From the IMG/VR virus record IMGVR_UViG_3300037721_000025, positions 1 through 32,313 of that record: a DNA stretch of 32,313 nucleotides; one strand, given 5' to 3'. Below the pieces are notes generated by a model that was not told where the DNA came from, searched no databases, and saw only the letters and a list, made by a program, of their open reading frames with translations. A program made the translations under genes and the position numbers. Of the stretch, positions 32,020 through 32,313 are shown in pieces (position 1 is the stretch's first letter; the number at the start of each line of letters is the position of its first letter). The DNA is from a virus (taxonomy: Duplodnaviria; Caudoviricetes).

Positions 32020-32313
32020 GTGCCCTCCAGGGCTGTTGGAAATTTGGTACGCACTGCGCGAAGTGTCCGAGCCCTGCAACCACCGAAACTTCGCGCGCGT
32101 TGTGGCGTTTACCGGTGGTGCAGGGCCTGGAATTGCGCGAGGTCAAAACAAGGGCAGCGGGACGGGCGAATCCGTTCTGCGTCGGGGAGAGATCCCTTTC
32201 GCTCGGGCACCGCTCGCCACACTCGAAACAAGAGACCCGCCCGAGGCCGTTGTAGGCGCCGCATATGCACTGCCATGCGGCTCCGCTATGTGGAAGGATC
32301 GCGCGCTGCGCGT

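Larger units (their letters stand above)
1..32313. mobile_element. Tailed bacteriophage genome segment (podovirus-like)
   Basis: Complete terS-terL-portal-scaffold-capsid-adaptor-nozzle-ejection-fibre-lysis order on the minus strand. No tape measure or sheath gene and no host housekeeping genes. Confidence 0.97.

Noticed and set aside
1-32313. Diversity-generating retroelement, integrase/att, tRNA genes, stop-codon reassignment
   Set aside because: I saw no reverse transcriptase, recombinase, TR/VR pair or cloverleaf, and the core genes are uninterrupted under the standard code.

Overview
The whole window is a GC-rich tailed-phage genome segment of podovirus architecture, probably from a proteobacterial host. 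I see no integrase, att site, tRNA or CRISPR. A plus-strand block (1-6748) of small, translationally coupled accessory genes includes a TGT-fold DpdA-like protein with a miniature QueF-like partner, a chimeric all-alpha NTP-pyrophosphatase-like protein, Lar and DUF551. It converges on a long minus-strand block: early/regulatory genes, an HTH replication initiator with internal iterons, a Twinkle-like primase-helicase, a nuclease, terS, terL, an accessory insert, portal, scaffold, major capsid, adaptor/nozzle, three ejection proteins, a tail fibre with an S74 chaperone, and a lysis cassette. The most notable signals are: (1) a minimal two-gene 7-deazaguanine DNA-modification module with a divergent QueF-L; (2) a portal gene and the next gene whose conserved N-termini begin at near-cognate ATC and ACG codons; (3) at least six independent 13-21 nt duplications of translation-coupling junctions bracketing small accessory genes; (4) a lysis cassette with no recognisable spanin but an amphipathic peptide; (5) structured intergenic RNAs. 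All family assignments come from motif recognition by eye and have not been confirmed by database search.
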